Part shown: in pieces, positions 63,734 to 64,000 of the stretch
Layout of the letters: the number at the start of each line of letters is the position of its first letter
How positions within the stretch are numbered: the stretch's first letter is position 1
From: a virus
Lineage: Duplodnaviria > Caudoviricetes
DNA: 64,000 nucleotides
Direction: 5' to 3' (one strand)
Virus record (IMG/VR): IMGVR_UViG_3300014204_000124
Span: 65,635 to 129,634 of that record
Made by a program: the position numbers and the translations under genes
Notes under the pieces: generated by a model
What the model saw: only the letters and a program-made list of their open reading frames with translations
Database searches by the model: none
Told to the model about the DNA's origin: nothing

Positions 63734-64000
63734 TGAAAGTAAAATGTGGAAGTTGAACGTTCCCATTACCGGAGTTACCGGGGTTACCGAGTTTTTCACT
63801 ACCGAGTTTCACTTTGCCGAGTTTACCTTCGTTGCCCAGTTTCAGTTTACCGGATTTTCCTGGGTTTAGTTTACCGAGTTTGAAACTACCGGGGTTACCG
63901 AGTTTTTCACTACCGAGTTTCACTTTGCCGAGTTTACCTTCGTTGCCCAGTTTCAGTTTACCGGATTTTCCTGGGTTTAGTTTACCGAGTTTGAAACTAC
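63733..64000 (+). CDS. Leu/Pro/Ser/Phe repeat protein interrupted by an in-frame TGA (CxxU); runs off the window
   Basis: TAATG coupling to the spike gene; MKVKCGS-TGA-TFPLPELPGLPSFSLPS... open to the window end. Confidence 0.6.
63776..64000 (+). repeat. perfect 111-bp tandem repeat (2 copies plus start of a third)
   Basis: 63776-63886 is identical to 63887-63997; 37 codons per unit. Confidence 0.95.

Noticed and set aside
377-63923. Minus-strand ORFs in the ORF track (e.g. 10130..10951, 22257..23093, 27397..28200, 53730..54515)
   Set aside because: All are shadows of convincing plus-strand genes and show no recognisable motifs
63776-64000. CRISPR array
   Set aside because: Units are contiguous, identical, in-frame 111-mers with no unique spacers
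1-64000. Genome-wide stop codon reassignment
   Set aside because: TAA, TAG and TGA all end well-defined genes with tight coupling, and long genes are intact in the standard code; only the TGA at 63754 looks internal
1-64000. tRNA genes or integrase/att site
   Set aside because: No cloverleaf with a T-loop consensus was seen in the few intergenic gaps and no recombinase motifs were found; not confirmed computationally

Overview
A 64-kb segment of a large dsDNA tailed phage (contractile-tailed, T4-like head proteins). All credible genes are on the + strand; no integrase, DNA polymerase, tRNA or CRISPR array was seen in the window. Layout: (1-1.9 kb) a tandem family of paralogous putative capsid-internal proteins; (1.9-17 kb) early/accessory genes driven by a repeated TTGAC-N16/17-TATGCT(GTAA) promoter, including an intein-containing HARP/SNF2 helicase, SSB, MmcB-like nuclease, GroES, DUF932, a putative endolysin, Dam, a stand-alone NrdJ C-terminal domain, KhpA and a GHKL ATPase; (17-31.8 kb) replication/recombination: initiator, DnaC-like loader, DnaB, primase, gp32-like SSB, SF2 helicase, RecA with a Cys4 insertion, Cas4-like nuclease and RuvC; (31.8-47 kb) terminase, intein-containing portal, prohead core, protease-scaffold, gp23-like capsid and neck; (47-64 kb) sheath, two tubes, frameshifted tail chaperone, free-standing LAGLIDADG, tape measure, LysM, hub and spike. 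The most notable signals are a cluster of candidate recoding events (in-frame UGA in a CxxU motif after the spike gene; a CGA-AAG -1 shift 14 nt after an internal SD; a start-less basic ORF inside a structured RNA behind the prohead core gene; the tail chaperone -1 shift), a dispersed set of proteins with L-x-E propeptide-like leaders, and a dispersed GCAAT-N2-ATTGC palindrome. All protein assignments come from motif recognition by eye, not from database searches.
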